Shown piece after piece: positions 17,480 to 27,025 of a DNA stretch of 64,000 nt (position 1 is its first letter; every line of letters starts with the position of its first letter). A model generated the notes under the pieces. That model made no database searches. It was not told the DNA's origin and saw nothing but the letters and a program-made list of their open reading frames with translations. The DNA is from Candidatus Marinacidobacterium sp. (lineage in GTDB: Bacteria > Acidobacteriota > Vicinamibacteria > Marinacidobacterales > Marinacidobacteraceae): assembly GCA_965220965.1 (NCBI GenBank), contig CBDCRI010000001.1, forward strand, positions 1-64,000. The letters run 5' to 3'. Both the position numbers and the translations under genes were made by a program.

Positions 17480-19130
17480 ATAGGACGCTGGGCAAGACAG
17501 GGAGGCGTTGAGGGATAGCTCCCCAGACACCGGAACGGTGGGCACAGCTGGCCGGTTCGCGACAGCCCAGCCGGCACGCTCCGGCGCGGGCGCGATGTGG
17601 CGCGCCCGCGCGGGGACGCATCAACCAGTTCACGTCAACGCGTCCCGTGGCGCGCCTATCGCCCAGCTCAACCTGAATTGCTTCGGACGCACCAGGCAGC
17701 CAGGTGGCGCACCGGCCATGCCGCGTCCGCTTGACCAGCCCTTTTGCGTGGTGACGGCGTGCCGTGTCAACGCGCTGCCGAATGCACGGCTGTTGCCTGA
17801 TGCGGCGCGCCGTCCCGCCGATGAGCCTTGCAGTGCGCTTGGCGTCAGTAGGGCTTTGATGCGGTTGGAAACCGAGAGCGTGCGTGCCGCCGCAAAGCCG
17901 AAACCACGCATGAGCGTAGCGGCAGCAGGGCGCCGCGGCGGTGTTGGGTGATACCGTCTGCGCGTGGCGACAACCCGGCGTGGATATCCAATGCCTGTGT
18001 GACGCATGGCTTTGAATGCCTTGCCCCGTCAAAGCGCTACGCCGAAACCGCTCCACTGCGCCGCACCGCCGTGACGTGCACGCGGCACCTCGACGAGCAT
18101 GCTTGGCGTCATGGAGCCACATCGAGAACACGTAAGGCTTGCAAGGGATTCCGGGAACCCGCCAGGACCAGCGATGTGCCAGCGATGCGGTCGCGGATCA
18201 ACAAACGGTCGAACGCCGCGAGCCGCTGTGACGGGCGGGCCCATGTCCGCAGCCGCGCCCGGGACGGGCAGCCACGGGCAGGCCATGCCGGCATGTGGCG
18301 GCACGCTTGAGCGGTGAAGCGCCAAAGCGCCGTTTCAGCGAATCGGCGCCCCGGTGCGCCCAGGTGGCGCCTCACCAGTACGCCTTGTCGCCGGACCGCC
18401 GTCAATCCGCCTGGCCGGCGCTGCGGTGTGACGTATCCACGGCACAGCGAAAGGACTCATGGCAGCGCGTGCAGTCCAGCCTCGAAACGGTTTTGGGGCG
18501 GGAAGGGCAAGGCGCTGGATCGGCCGAACGCTCCGCGTCAGATCGCTAGGGCGGTGAAGGCTTCAAAAGCGCCGCACGGCTGGGGCGTCGCGAAGCGCAT
18601 GGCGCTCGACCGCTGACGCCACTGCCTGCCCAAGCCGACGGCAAGCCTCTTCGACGGGGGCGCGCAAGTTCGGCGTGACAAATGCACGATGCGTCCGGTT
18701 GCCGCTTGCCCGAGAAGCCGTTGCAACGGCAGAGCGTGGGAGCGCGTTGCCGTCACACCATGGCCTTGTGTTGACATATCTCCGGCGGGCCGCAGATGCG
18801 AAAAGCCTGAATGCTGCATTGACGTGAATGCATGTCGACGTATGACTATGCACACGTCCATGCGTGGAACCGTTGCGCCATCTCCGAAGAACACAAGCTT
18901 CGCGTTGCTACGCTATTTCGTCGATCCGTTGAATCCCTGTGACGGCGTAGCGCTACATTACATCGAATCAGTGCCATTGGAACGCGTTCACGTCGATTTG
19001 CGAAAGTCAATCGACGGACGAGGGGAGCGGCGTGGCCCCGCCCGCCTTGCCTGACGCAACGGCGTTGCCGCTTAGTGCCGCAAGCCATGCCTTGCGTCAC
19101 TGCGCAAAGCCGCGTTCGCGGCGTGGTACA
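17480..19130. repeat. Second non-coding tract with the same motif family, directly upstream of parA
   Basis: ACGGCGTGCCGT at 17754, variants at ~18942 and 19059, many TGACG/CGTCA. Lower GC; no credible ORF. Confidence 0.45.
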
Positions 19131-19174
19131 CTGTGGGCCCAACGCGTCACCGCGCGCGAGCGGAATCCCCGACT

Positions 19175-19819
19175 ATGCTAACCCTTGCAGTCATCTCGCA
19201 GAAGGGCGGGGCCGGGAAGACAACCCTGTCGATCAACATGGCCGTGGCCGCCCACCTGAAGGGGCAGAGCGTCCTGCTGGTCGACCTGGACCCGCAGGGC
19301 AGCGCGGCAGGCTGGGCGGAAGGCCGCGACCAGGACGAGCCCACCGTGACCGCGGAGCAGGCGCACCGGCTCCCGGCCGTGCTGGAGCTGGCGGCCGAGC
19401 ACGGCGCCGACCTGGTGGTGCTCGACACCGCCCCCCACTCCGAGTCCACCGCCCTGGCGGCCGCGCGGGCGGCCGACTTGGTGCTGATCCCATGCCGGCC
19501 CGCCATCTTCGACCTGCGCGCCATTTCCGCCTCCTTCGACCTCGCGGCGCTGGCCGGAACCCCCGCGGCCGCGGTCCTGAACGCGGTGCCGCCGCAGGGG
19601 TCGCTCGCCGACGAGGCGGCTGCGGCGATCGAGAGGGCCGGGCGCGCCGTGGCGCCGGTGCGAATCGGCAGCCGCGTCGCCTTCGTGCACGCGGCGACCT
19701 CCGGCCTGGCGCCGATGGAGTCGGACCCGAACGGCAAGGCCGCCCGGGAGGCCGCGGCGCTCCACGAGTGGGCGGTCGCCCACGCCGAAGACCAACGCAA
19801 TGCTGAGGAAAGTCCATGA
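19175..19819 (+). CDS. parA: ParA-family partition ATPase (short type Ib)
   Basis: SQKGGAGKTT, LVDLDPQGSA, VLDTAP, LVLIPCRP. TGGTACACT extended -10 at 19124-19132. Confidence 0.95.
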   Translation: MLTLAVISQKGGAGKTTLSINMAVAAHLKGQSVLLVDLDPQGSAAGWAEGRDQDEPTVTAEQAHRLPAVLELAAEHGADLVVLDTAPHSESTALAAARAADLVLIPCRPAIFDLRAISASFDLAALAGTPAAAVLNAVPPQGSLADEAAAAIERAGRAVAPVRIGSRVAFVHAATSGLAPMESDPNGKAAREAAALHEWAVAHAEDQRNAEESP

Positions 19820-20136
19820 AAGGAAAGAAGCCATCCTTGGGATCCGCACTGGAGGCCAGCAAGGCGGCCGAACGCGAAGAGGCGCCGTCGGCGGGGGAGG
19901 GGACCGCCCTGGCCAAGGCGCCGGTCCCGCCCAATCCCCGCGCCGACCTTGACGGAGGCTACGTGGCCCCGAGCCGCAAGGGCCGGCGCAAGGTGCAGGT
20001 GGTGCTTGCGCCCGAGGTCCTGATGACGCTCAAGCGGATGGCGCTCGACCAGGGGGAGCGCACCCTTCAGGAGCTGATGGTCGAGGCGGTCAACGACCTG
20101 CTGGTCAAGCACGGAAAGGCGCCCATCGCGTCCTAG
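19816..20136 (+). CDS. Ribbon-helix-helix partition protein (ParG-like)
   Basis: ATGA-coupled to parA. Disordered N-terminus then PSRKGRRKVQVVL..LKRMAL..TLQELMVEAVNDLLVKHGK. Confidence 0.85.
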   Translation: MKGKKPSLGSALEASKAAEREEAPSAGEGTALAKAPVPPNPRADLDGGYVAPSRKGRRKVQVVLAPEVLMTLKRMALDQGERTLQELMVEAVNDLLVKHGKAPIAS

Positions 20137-20515
20137 GCAGGATGGGGCCGCGGCGAGGCCTGCCTTGCCCGGAGGTGACGGCGCCGGCCCGAAAGCCGGA
20201 ACAGGCAGCCGCCCACGCGCGGATTCGTCCGAGCCGGATTCATCACGTCATGCCGCCGCTGCCGCACATGGCGCCACGTTGGGGGGCTTTGTGAGGCCGG
20301 AGGGCAAAGCGGCGTCCAAACACAGGCCGACGCGTCCCAAGGCTTTCGGATGTTTGGGCAACATGCCCCGAACCCCTCGCTGTTTTGCCTAGCGGCCTTT
20401 CCGCATTCGGTTCGGCCCGTGAGGCAGGGCGTTCAGGGGGCTGCGGGCGCTTTGCGCTTGGTGCGCAGGCGGTGGTCTCGGCAACTTCCTGGTGGCATAA
20501 GGCACATGCGGCCAG

Positions 20516-21160
20516 TCAATTGGGCGGTCCGACGAACGGGTCCCACTTCAGGTCGGGGGGCCAAGGGAAGCGCTTGAGGTCCGACTCCGCGCGCTCCCGG
20601 CTGATCAGCCCCTGTCGGTAGTGCTGCGATATCCGTGCGGGGACCGCCAGCGTCCGGGTCAGCTCCGACACGGCTGGCAGTGGGTGGCTGGGGTCGTCGG
20701 CCCATTGGTTCAAGTAGGCATGCGCACCAAATGCCGCGCCGTCGAACACGTTCCAGAACAGTCGGGCCATTTGGTAAATGGTGACCCTCGTTCCGCACAT
20801 TAGGGTCGGGGCGAAGACGTGGTCCGCCCGCATGCCGCAGAAGGCCCAGTCTAGGGCGAACCATTCCTTTTGCGTGAACTCGCCCGTGTCGAGAATGCGG
20901 CGGAAGTCGGCCACAGTGATACGCAGGTCGTGCGCCAGTCCCGCGCAGTGCTTGTGCAGGAACCAGTCCGGTCCGCCGTTGGCGAGGTAGTCGGGCAAAT
21001 CGGCATCCGCAAACCGTTTCAGCTCCGCTCGGTCGAAGTCGGCAAGGGGCCTCAGTGGGCGCATCATCAACGGGTGGTCGTGGCTCTCGACGCCGTCAGG
21101 CAGTATGTCGTCGGGGGGATACATCCAGGCGCCCTGATCATTCGATGGGGCAGCGCTCAT
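20516..21160 (-). CDS. Hypothetical protein, partner of AbiEii-like gene
   Basis: ATGA-coupled downstream of 21157..21972. Shares the L.KH.AG...I.V.DF motif with 16270..16689. Confidence 0.75.
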   Translation of the reverse strand: MSAAPSNDQGAWMYPPDDILPDGVESHDHPLMMRPLRPLADFDRAELKRFADADLPDYLANGGPDWFLHKHCAGLAHDLRITVADFRRILDTGEFTQKEWFALDWAFCGMRADHVFAPTLMCGTRVTIYQMARLFWNVFDGAAFGAHAYLNQWADDPSHPLPAVSELTRTLAVPARISQHYRQGLISRERAESDLKRFPWPPDLKWDPFVGPPN

Positions 21161-21972
21161 GGCGAGGCTCCACGCGACGGCAAGTGCCGCGGGATGCGCT
21201 TTGCCACAGGAATCAGGGAGATATCCCGCGCCTCAAGAGCTTCGGCGATGCGCTCGCCCAAGCCCACCATCTCGACGCGGTAGGCGCCTTGGATTATGGG
21301 GCGCCCGCTCGCCCCCGTTGTCGGGTCGCGCGGCCCTTCACGCAGGTTCTGGGCGACCTGCCGCAGCATCTGCTCCGGTTTGCCCTTGAGCACCTCGTTG
21401 ATGACGCAGGGATCCACCGCCATGCAGACGGCGATGTCGTACAGGTCACGCTGCGGCGTGCGCAGGCCGGGGCTGCCCACGGGCGCGCGCACGCGGCCCA
21501 TGCGACCGAACAGCTTGCCTTGCATGATGTGTCGAATGGGCGAGGCAACGATGGGCGTGCCCTCGATACGCCGGACGGAGCCGTCTTCCGCAGGATCCCG
21601 CCTTGCCGAAATGCTGGTGCATAGGCTCCACGACGCGGAGTCCCCAATCTGTTCGCCAAACAGTTGAAGGCTGGTTCCGATTCGCAGCGTGGCTGGATCT
21701 GGGAGGCTCGATGGCGATGTCAGCGCTTGGTCAAGCAGCGCTCCCGCCATTTTGCTGAAGATGTCGGGATCGCTCCGTTGCGCCTGCATCCAAGAGGCCA
21801 AAGGCATGGACAGGTCGATGTCCGTCGACAGCCTGTGTTGCCAAAGCGCAGCAAGGACGGAGCCTCCGCCCATTCGAAGCGCGCCTTCCGGGAACAGCGG
21901 CGAAAGCGCCCTGTCGAGCTTGCGGAACGTCTCGCGCAGGGATTCGTGAAGTTGTATGTCGGGCTCGGACAT
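21157..21972 (-). CDS. AbiEii-family nucleotidyltransferase
   Basis: MGGGSVLAALWQHRLSTDIDL, GKLFGR, RDLYDIA. Confidence 0.85.
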   Translation of the reverse strand: MSEPDIQLHESLRETFRKLDRALSPLFPEGALRMGGGSVLAALWQHRLSTDIDLSMPLASWMQAQRSDPDIFSKMAGALLDQALTSPSSLPDPATLRIGTSLQLFGEQIGDSASWSLCTSISARRDPAEDGSVRRIEGTPIVASPIRHIMQGKLFGRMGRVRAPVGSPGLRTPQRDLYDIAVCMAVDPCVINEVLKGKPEQMLRQVAQNLREGPRDPTTGASGRPIIQGAYRVEMVGLGERIAEALEARDISLIPVAKRIPRHLPSRGASP

Positions 21973-22129
21973 GGGGGATTCGCTGCAAGCGCCGCCTCCC
22001 TCCGATGATATCACCGCACCGAAAGGGACTGAGCCGCTCACTTGCAGGTTGCCTGCCGGCGCGCATGATGTCCGCATGCGGAGGCCAAATCCGGGGCGGC
22101 TTCAAGACCGCAGTGAACCGGGCACCCCG

Positions 22130-22265
22130 AGCCGCGCTTGATTCTGGCACAGGGCTGCCCCTTCCGCCCGTCGCCCAGGCACTGCGCTCCCAAACGATGG
22201 GCCGGATGCGCCAGCAAGGCCGGATGCCCATCCGCGACGCTCACGGCCTGGCAGGCGCCCCCTGA
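22130..22265 (+). pseudogene. Degenerate AbiEii fragment
   Basis: ALDSGTGLPLPPVAQALRSQTMGRMRQQGRMPIRDAHGLAGA aligns with AIESRTGMPLLPVAQTLHGKLIGRMLHHGQTLSRDAYDLACA of 16655..17461. Confidence 0.7.
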
Positions 22266-22469
22266 CGGCGCACAAGGCCGTGGCCATCTTTTTCTCTTGC
22301 TGTTCGCCCTCCACGTGATCGGTGAACGGCTAGAGGACGCCCGCACCGCAGAGCCCGGGAGGACGCGGCGGCCACGGGGCGCATGCGGGAGGCTGGCCAG
22401 GTCCACGGGCCGCACAGCCCGGCAGCCGGCGCGCCCGCAATGCTCCGGCGCGGTTGCGGCGGCACGGAT

Positions 22470-22499
22470 TTGACAGGGGGCGCGCCGCCCGCGCATGAT
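22470..22499 (+). promoter_or_regulatory. sigma70-type promoter TTGACA-18 bp-CATGAT
   Basis: Consensus -35 at 22470-22475 and -10-like hexamer at 22494-22499. Predicted +1 falls at the first CRISPR-like repeat. Confidence 0.6.
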
Positions 22500-22503
22500 G
22501 GAA

Positions 22504-22588
22504 GCGTTCCCGCGAAGCGGGATGACCCGACTATCGTACGCAGTACGGCGGTCGAGACCTTACGTTCCCCGCCTTGCGGGGATGCCCG
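22504..22588 (+). CRISPR. Orphan degenerate type I-E-like mini-array (repeat, 32-nt spacer, repeat)
   Basis: GCGTTCCCGCGAAGCGGGATGACCCG (22504-22529) and ACGTTCCCCGCCTTGCGGGGATGCCCG (22562-22588) resemble the I-E repeat GTGTTCCCCGCnnnnGCGGGGATnAACCG, each with a hairpin. Spacer is 32 nt. No cas genes in the window. Confidence 0.6.
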
Positions 22589-22689
22589 GGCGGGCCAGAG
22601 GCCAGGTGGCCCAGCCCGCCTCATCCTCCATGGAGGACGAGACGCGTGCGATGCCCTGAGCCGCAACCCAGCCACGGAGGCGCCAAGCG

Positions 22690-23313
22690 ATGAGCGACCA
22701 AGGGCGGCCCACGCGCAAGCATCCCATGGCGGCCGCGGAGCAGGCCATTCCCGTCCGCATAGGCCCCACCAGCGTGCGCCATTACATCTCCGGGCACCAG
22801 GCGCTCAACCTGATCGACCCGGACTGCCCGTCAAGCGGCGACTCGCAAAGCGACGGAGCATGGTTCGTCCCACACCAGGGGCGCACGCGCGACGGCATGG
22901 ACGCGTTGATCGCCAACAGGACGCAGGACGGCTACCTGTTCCGAACGCCGCACGAGCTTCTGGGCTGGGACCGGCTGTTCGACGCCAGGCCGTCCCTGCG
23001 CTTCATCGGGCACCCCGAGGGCGAGGCCGACGTGCCCGTTTGGGCGGCGCACCACGACCGGGCCATCATCGACGGCGGATGGTCGTGGCTCACCGAACAG
23101 CCCTCGGGCTTCCCGGGATCCTACGACGGGCCATCGGTGGCCGAGTGGCTCTGGACCGACGTGCAGTTCGGGCACGTCCACCGGCTGGCCCGCAAGCTGG
23201 AGACGTCCCTTGACGGCGAGGCGAGACGCCTGTGGCGGCGCTGGATGCGAGACCTGACGCCGGACGCCGAGTGGGAGCGGGGCACGCACATGCGTCGTGG
23301 AATTTCGGCTTGA
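22690..23313 (+). CDS. Putative antitoxin/regulator partner of AbiEii (AbiEi-like position)
   Basis: RBS GGAGG; HYISGHQALNL...AAHHDRAIID; its stop overlaps the AbiEii start (TTGA). Confidence 0.7.
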   Translation: MSDQGRPTRKHPMAAAEQAIPVRIGPTSVRHYISGHQALNLIDPDCPSSGDSQSDGAWFVPHQGRTRDGMDALIANRTQDGYLFRTPHELLGWDRLFDARPSLRFIGHPEGEADVPVWAAHHDRAIIDGGWSWLTEQPSGFPGSYDGPSVAEWLWTDVQFGHVHRLARKLETSLDGEARRLWRRWMRDLTPDAEWERGTHMRRGISA

Positions 23314-24092
23314 CCGACCGCACGCCACCGCCGAAGGTTGAACTCTCGCCCCGCGAGCGCATGCAGCATGACGTGCTGGTCCATGTCGCCCGGGGGCTGT
23401 CCCTCGGCCCGCCGCGGCGTGAAAGGTGGTTTGCCATCAAGGGCGGCATGGCATTGGCGGCCGCCTACGGGCTGACCCGCCCATCCGACGACCTTGACAT
23501 CGACGTAGCCCAAAAGATCGATGCGGTGGCAAGGATCGGACGCACGCTGGAGCATCGCAAGGACCTGCAAGTCGAGCGGCTTGACGTCAAGCAGCGCGGG
23601 CGCGGCTACGTCCGCCTTTGGTTCCGCCACGTCGATTACCCCGAGCCGTTCCGAACGAAGGTCGACGTCAACGTCCGCGACGGTCTCCTCAAGCCCGCCC
23701 TCGACAGGGACCGAATCGTCACGGTGGACGGGCTCGCCGTCTATGACATGCCCACTCTCGCCAACCTCAAGCTCAACCCGCTGGTGGGCGAGGACTGCCG
23801 CGTCAAGGCCGGGGATCTCTACGACGCCGCCTGGCTGACGGCCGCCCACCCCGACGCGATCACGTTGGAGAACAAGCTCCGCCTGCACGAATGGACCGGA
23901 GCCTTCCATGGAAGTGTGGAGGAGGAGTGGCGCCAAGCCTTCGCCCAGGACAAAAACCTCGGTTCGTCGAGGTGCAGCTGCGACGACGTGGTGCTGGCGC
24001 TCATGGCCAACCTGGAGGCGGACGCTGAGCTGCAAAGCCACCTAAGGTCGCAGCAGCCAGCGCCGGCGCCCGGATCGGCAATGCGCCCCTGA
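23310..24092 (+). CDS. AbiEii-family nucleotidyltransferase toxin
   Basis: IKGGMALAAAYGLTRPSDDLDID, LANLKL, RVKAGDLYDA. Confidence 0.9.
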   Translation: MTDRTPPPKVELSPRERMQHDVLVHVARGLSLGPPRRERWFAIKGGMALAAAYGLTRPSDDLDIDVAQKIDAVARIGRTLEHRKDLQVERLDVKQRGRGYVRLWFRHVDYPEPFRTKVDVNVRDGLLKPALDRDRIVTVDGLAVYDMPTLANLKLNPLVGEDCRVKAGDLYDAAWLTAAHPDAITLENKLRLHEWTGAFHGSVEEEWRQAFAQDKNLGSSRCSCDDVVLALMANLEADAELQSHLRSQQPAPAPGSAMRP

Positions 24093-24491
24093 CCGCCCGC
24101 CGCCCCCCCGCGTCGCGCAACCCCCCGACATGCCCTTGCGGGCGGTCGGTTCCAACCAAGGCAAGGGGACGGATACACAGCCCCGGCATGCCGAGGGGAG
24201 CTTAGCCCATGCCGCCCGTCCCGGACGCCCGCCGGACGCAGGCCCCGACGGCCCAAGCAGTGGCCGGGGAGGGGAGGGCGGCCGGGCTTCCCACCGCCCC
24301 GCGGGACGCATTTGCTTTTTGGGCGGCCATGCGCCTACATTAGGCGTCGACATGGGCCACAGGCATCGCAGCAGCGCCATGCGGCGAATGGGCGGCGGCA
24401 CGCCGCCCGACGCGCTGTCCAAGGCCAAGGCCCCCAGCCGACCCAGGCTGCATGCGCCCATGCCAACCCCACCCGCAAGCGGAGCGCCGCC

Positions 24492-25139
24492 GTGCCGTCC
24501 CTCCTAGGCATCGTGATCGCCATCGCACTGGTCGCGGCCCTTTCCGCCGCCGTGATCGACGCCGCCGTGGACCAGCGCGACGCCATCGAGGCCGAGTGGG
24601 CCACCGCCTACCTGAGGGACGCCGTGCTCGCCGCCGTCGCCGCCCACCCCACCGCCTGCCGCGGCGCCGACGAGTTCGGCGCCTACGACGCCGTGGACCC
24701 GTGGGACTGGGGCGACATCAGCGCCGCCGGACGCATCCTCCCCGGCAGCCGCCTCGAGGCCATCCTGGCCGGCGACGACGCGGCCGACCCCATGCTGCGC
24801 AGCGCCACCCTCCACGAGCAGAGCGGCTTGGTCACCGTCGAGCTGGTCGCCGACCAGCCCGAGGAGCGCGAGCTGCTGGCGCGCATGGCCGCCACCGGCG
24901 GCTGGGAGTTCGCCAAGCGCCTGACCGCCAACGGCCTGGAGATCACCTTCCCGGTCGCCCCCGTGGCCGACAGCCCGCACGCCGCCGAGGGCCTGTACGG
25001 CCACGGCGCCCGGCGGCTCGACGCCCCCTCGCACGTCATCGGCCCGCCGTGCTCCGCCCACCCGGAGGACGATGCGGTGAGCCGCGACTACCTGCTGCCC
25101 GAAGCCTCCGGCGGCGAGTGGAGCCACCCGTGGAAATGA
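24492..25139 (+). CDS. Pilin-like membrane-anchored protein (PilM-like position)
   Basis: GTG start after GGAG; N-terminal hydrophobic helix then amphipathic helix; ATGA-coupled to the prepilin gene. Confidence 0.55.
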   Translation: MPSLLGIVIAIALVAALSAAVIDAAVDQRDAIEAEWATAYLRDAVLAAVAAHPTACRGADEFGAYDAVDPWDWGDISAAGRILPGSRLEAILAGDDAADPMLRSATLHEQSGLVTVELVADQPEERELLARMAATGGWEFAKRLTANGLEITFPVAPVADSPHAAEGLYGHGARRLDAPSHVIGPPCSAHPEDDAVSRDYLLPEASGGEWSHPWK

Positions 25140-26083
25140 CCCCATCGGCGGCCGACGCCCGGCAGGCGGGATACACGCTGCTGGAGATGGCCGCCGTGCT
25201 CGGCATCGCCGCCGCGATGGCCCTCGCCGCCACGCCCGCCCTCGTGGACCGCGCCGCCCAGCAGCGCGTGGACCTCACCGTCGAGGGGCTGCGCACGCTG
25301 GTCAGCGCCGCCGTCAGCTACCGGACCGACGGCGGGCAGATCACCGAGCCGGACCACGGCCACTACGGGACCTGGCCGGAGCGCGCCGCCGACCTGCTCG
25401 GCGCCGACACCAGCACGCCGCCGGACGGCGTGCCCGACGAGGCCATCTACCTCGGCCACTTCCGCAACGACGGCGCCGCGCTCGCCACCCGCGACCTGCT
25501 CAACGCCATGGGCCTGCCCATCGAGTTCGGCTTCGCGGCCGGGGACGCGGACCGCGAGGGCGTGCTGCGCATCCAAACCTCGTTCCGCGCCCAGGAGCAC
25601 GCGCGGATGGCCGCCACCCGGTTCGGCCCGACCGCCTGCGCCTCCGCCGACGCCGCCTGCGTCGCCGCCGGCTGCGCCGCGGACACGCCGGCCACCACGC
25701 CGCCCGCCTTCCACACCTGCGCGTTCGTGCCGCCCCCCGCCCACGAGTCCGTGCTCGACGCCTTCGCGCTGCTCGACGGCTCCCGCCCCTTCGTGCTCGA
25801 CGCCGCCGCGCAGCTGCAGATACTCAACGGCGCGGACGTCAGCGTCGCCATCGACAGCGACGGCAACATCACCGCGGAAGGGCTGCTGACCGCCGATGAG
25901 GGCTTCGAGGTGACCGGCGACCTGGAGATCACCGACGGCAACCTCGACATCGACGGCCGCGTGGCGGCGGACATCGTGGTCGCCCGGGAGATCGACACCG
26001 CCGAGCTGCAGTACCTGACCGCCACCAGCTGCCCGACGGGATCCACCATCACGATCCCGGCCAAGACCATCACCTGCCCATGA
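25136..26083 (+). CDS. Type IV prepilin-like protein resembling the PilV constant region
   Basis: QAG/YTLLEM cleavage-methylation motif. C-terminal beta-rich GNITAEGLLTA..GDLEI..GRVAAD..ELQYL..C segment recalls PilV. Confidence 0.75.
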   Translation: MTPSAADARQAGYTLLEMAAVLGIAAAMALAATPALVDRAAQQRVDLTVEGLRTLVSAAVSYRTDGGQITEPDHGHYGTWPERAADLLGADTSTPPDGVPDEAIYLGHFRNDGAALATRDLLNAMGLPIEFGFAAGDADREGVLRIQTSFRAQEHARMAATRFGPTACASADAACVAAGCAADTPATTPPAFHTCAFVPPPAHESVLDAFALLDGSRPFVLDAAAQLQILNGADVSVAIDSDGNITAEGLLTADEGFEVTGDLEITDGNLDIDGRVAADIVVAREIDTAELQYLTATSCPTGSTITIPAKTITCP

Positions 26084-26973
26084 GGCGCCAGGCGGGCTTC
26101 ACCCTGCTGCACCTGGTGGTGGGCGTCGCCCTCCTCGCCTACTTCCTCAGCTTCAGCGTGCCCGTCGGCTTCGAGCGGGCCGGCCTGGAACGCAGCGTGG
26201 CGGGCACGCAGGCCGGCATCCACACCCTCTCCGCGGCCGCGCGCGCCCACTTCCTGACGCAGGCCCAGTGGCCCACCCTGGCCGAGGCGCGGGAGTCGGT
26301 CTCGACGCAGACCGGGGGTTTCCTCAGCGAGGCCCACCCCCTCGGCGGCGCCTACCAGCTGACGCCAAGGGCGACGGCCGGGGCCAACTGGCGGGCCGGC
26401 GGGCTGTCCATCGCCGCGTGCGGCATCACTCTGCAGCGCCACCGAACGGCGCTCGCCGTGCGCCTTGGCCACCGGGCGGCCATCGACGGCGACTGCGTGC
26501 GCCTGGAGATCGCCCCGTTCGGAGCCGAGCCGGCCCACCTGGCGAGCGCCGACGACGGGGGAGGGCGCCTGTTCGCCGACGTGGGCATCGACGGCGCGGC
26601 CGCGGCGCACGGGCCGGCGCCCTGGACGGGCGGCATGAGCATTGAGGCCAGCAACGTCCCAGGGGGCGCGGGCTCCTTCGTCGAGCGCTCCGCCCTGCGC
26701 GGGAACGGCGACCTCGAGTTCGCGGGCACGGTCTCCTCGGCCGGCGGGGCGTTCGGCACCGAGCGGCCCGCCTGGACGCCAACGCCGCCGCACGCCAAGC
26801 CGAACCCCTACCCGTCGGGCGCTGACGCGACCGTCGGCACGGTGGAGGGAGACCTGCGGCTGGTCACCGACGACCCGTTGAGCGGCCGCGTGCCGGGCGA
26901 CCTCACGCGCGAGGTCGATTGGGAGGTCGATGCGATTTACGCCAAGAGCATCTGCGGAGGGGAGAGCTGCTGA
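26080..26973 (+). CDS. Second type IV prepilin-like protein (non-Glu at +5)
   Basis: MRRQAG/FTLLHLVVG; ATGA-coupled; QWP..LA..GGFL..HPLGGAY pilin-like helix and loop. Confidence 0.75.
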   Translation: MRRQAGFTLLHLVVGVALLAYFLSFSVPVGFERAGLERSVAGTQAGIHTLSAAARAHFLTQAQWPTLAEARESVSTQTGGFLSEAHPLGGAYQLTPRATAGANWRAGGLSIAACGITLQRHRTALAVRLGHRAAIDGDCVRLEIAPFGAEPAHLASADDGGGRLFADVGIDGAAAAHGPAPWTGGMSIEASNVPGGAGSFVERSALRGNGDLEFAGTVSSAGGAFGTERPAWTPTPPHAKPNPYPSGADATVGTVEGDLRLVTDDPLSGRVPGDLTREVDWEVDAIYAKSICGGESC

Positions 26974-27025
26974 AACGAGGCCGCCGAGGACGGCCAATCA
27001 ATCCCATTGGGGAAGGACGAGAAAC

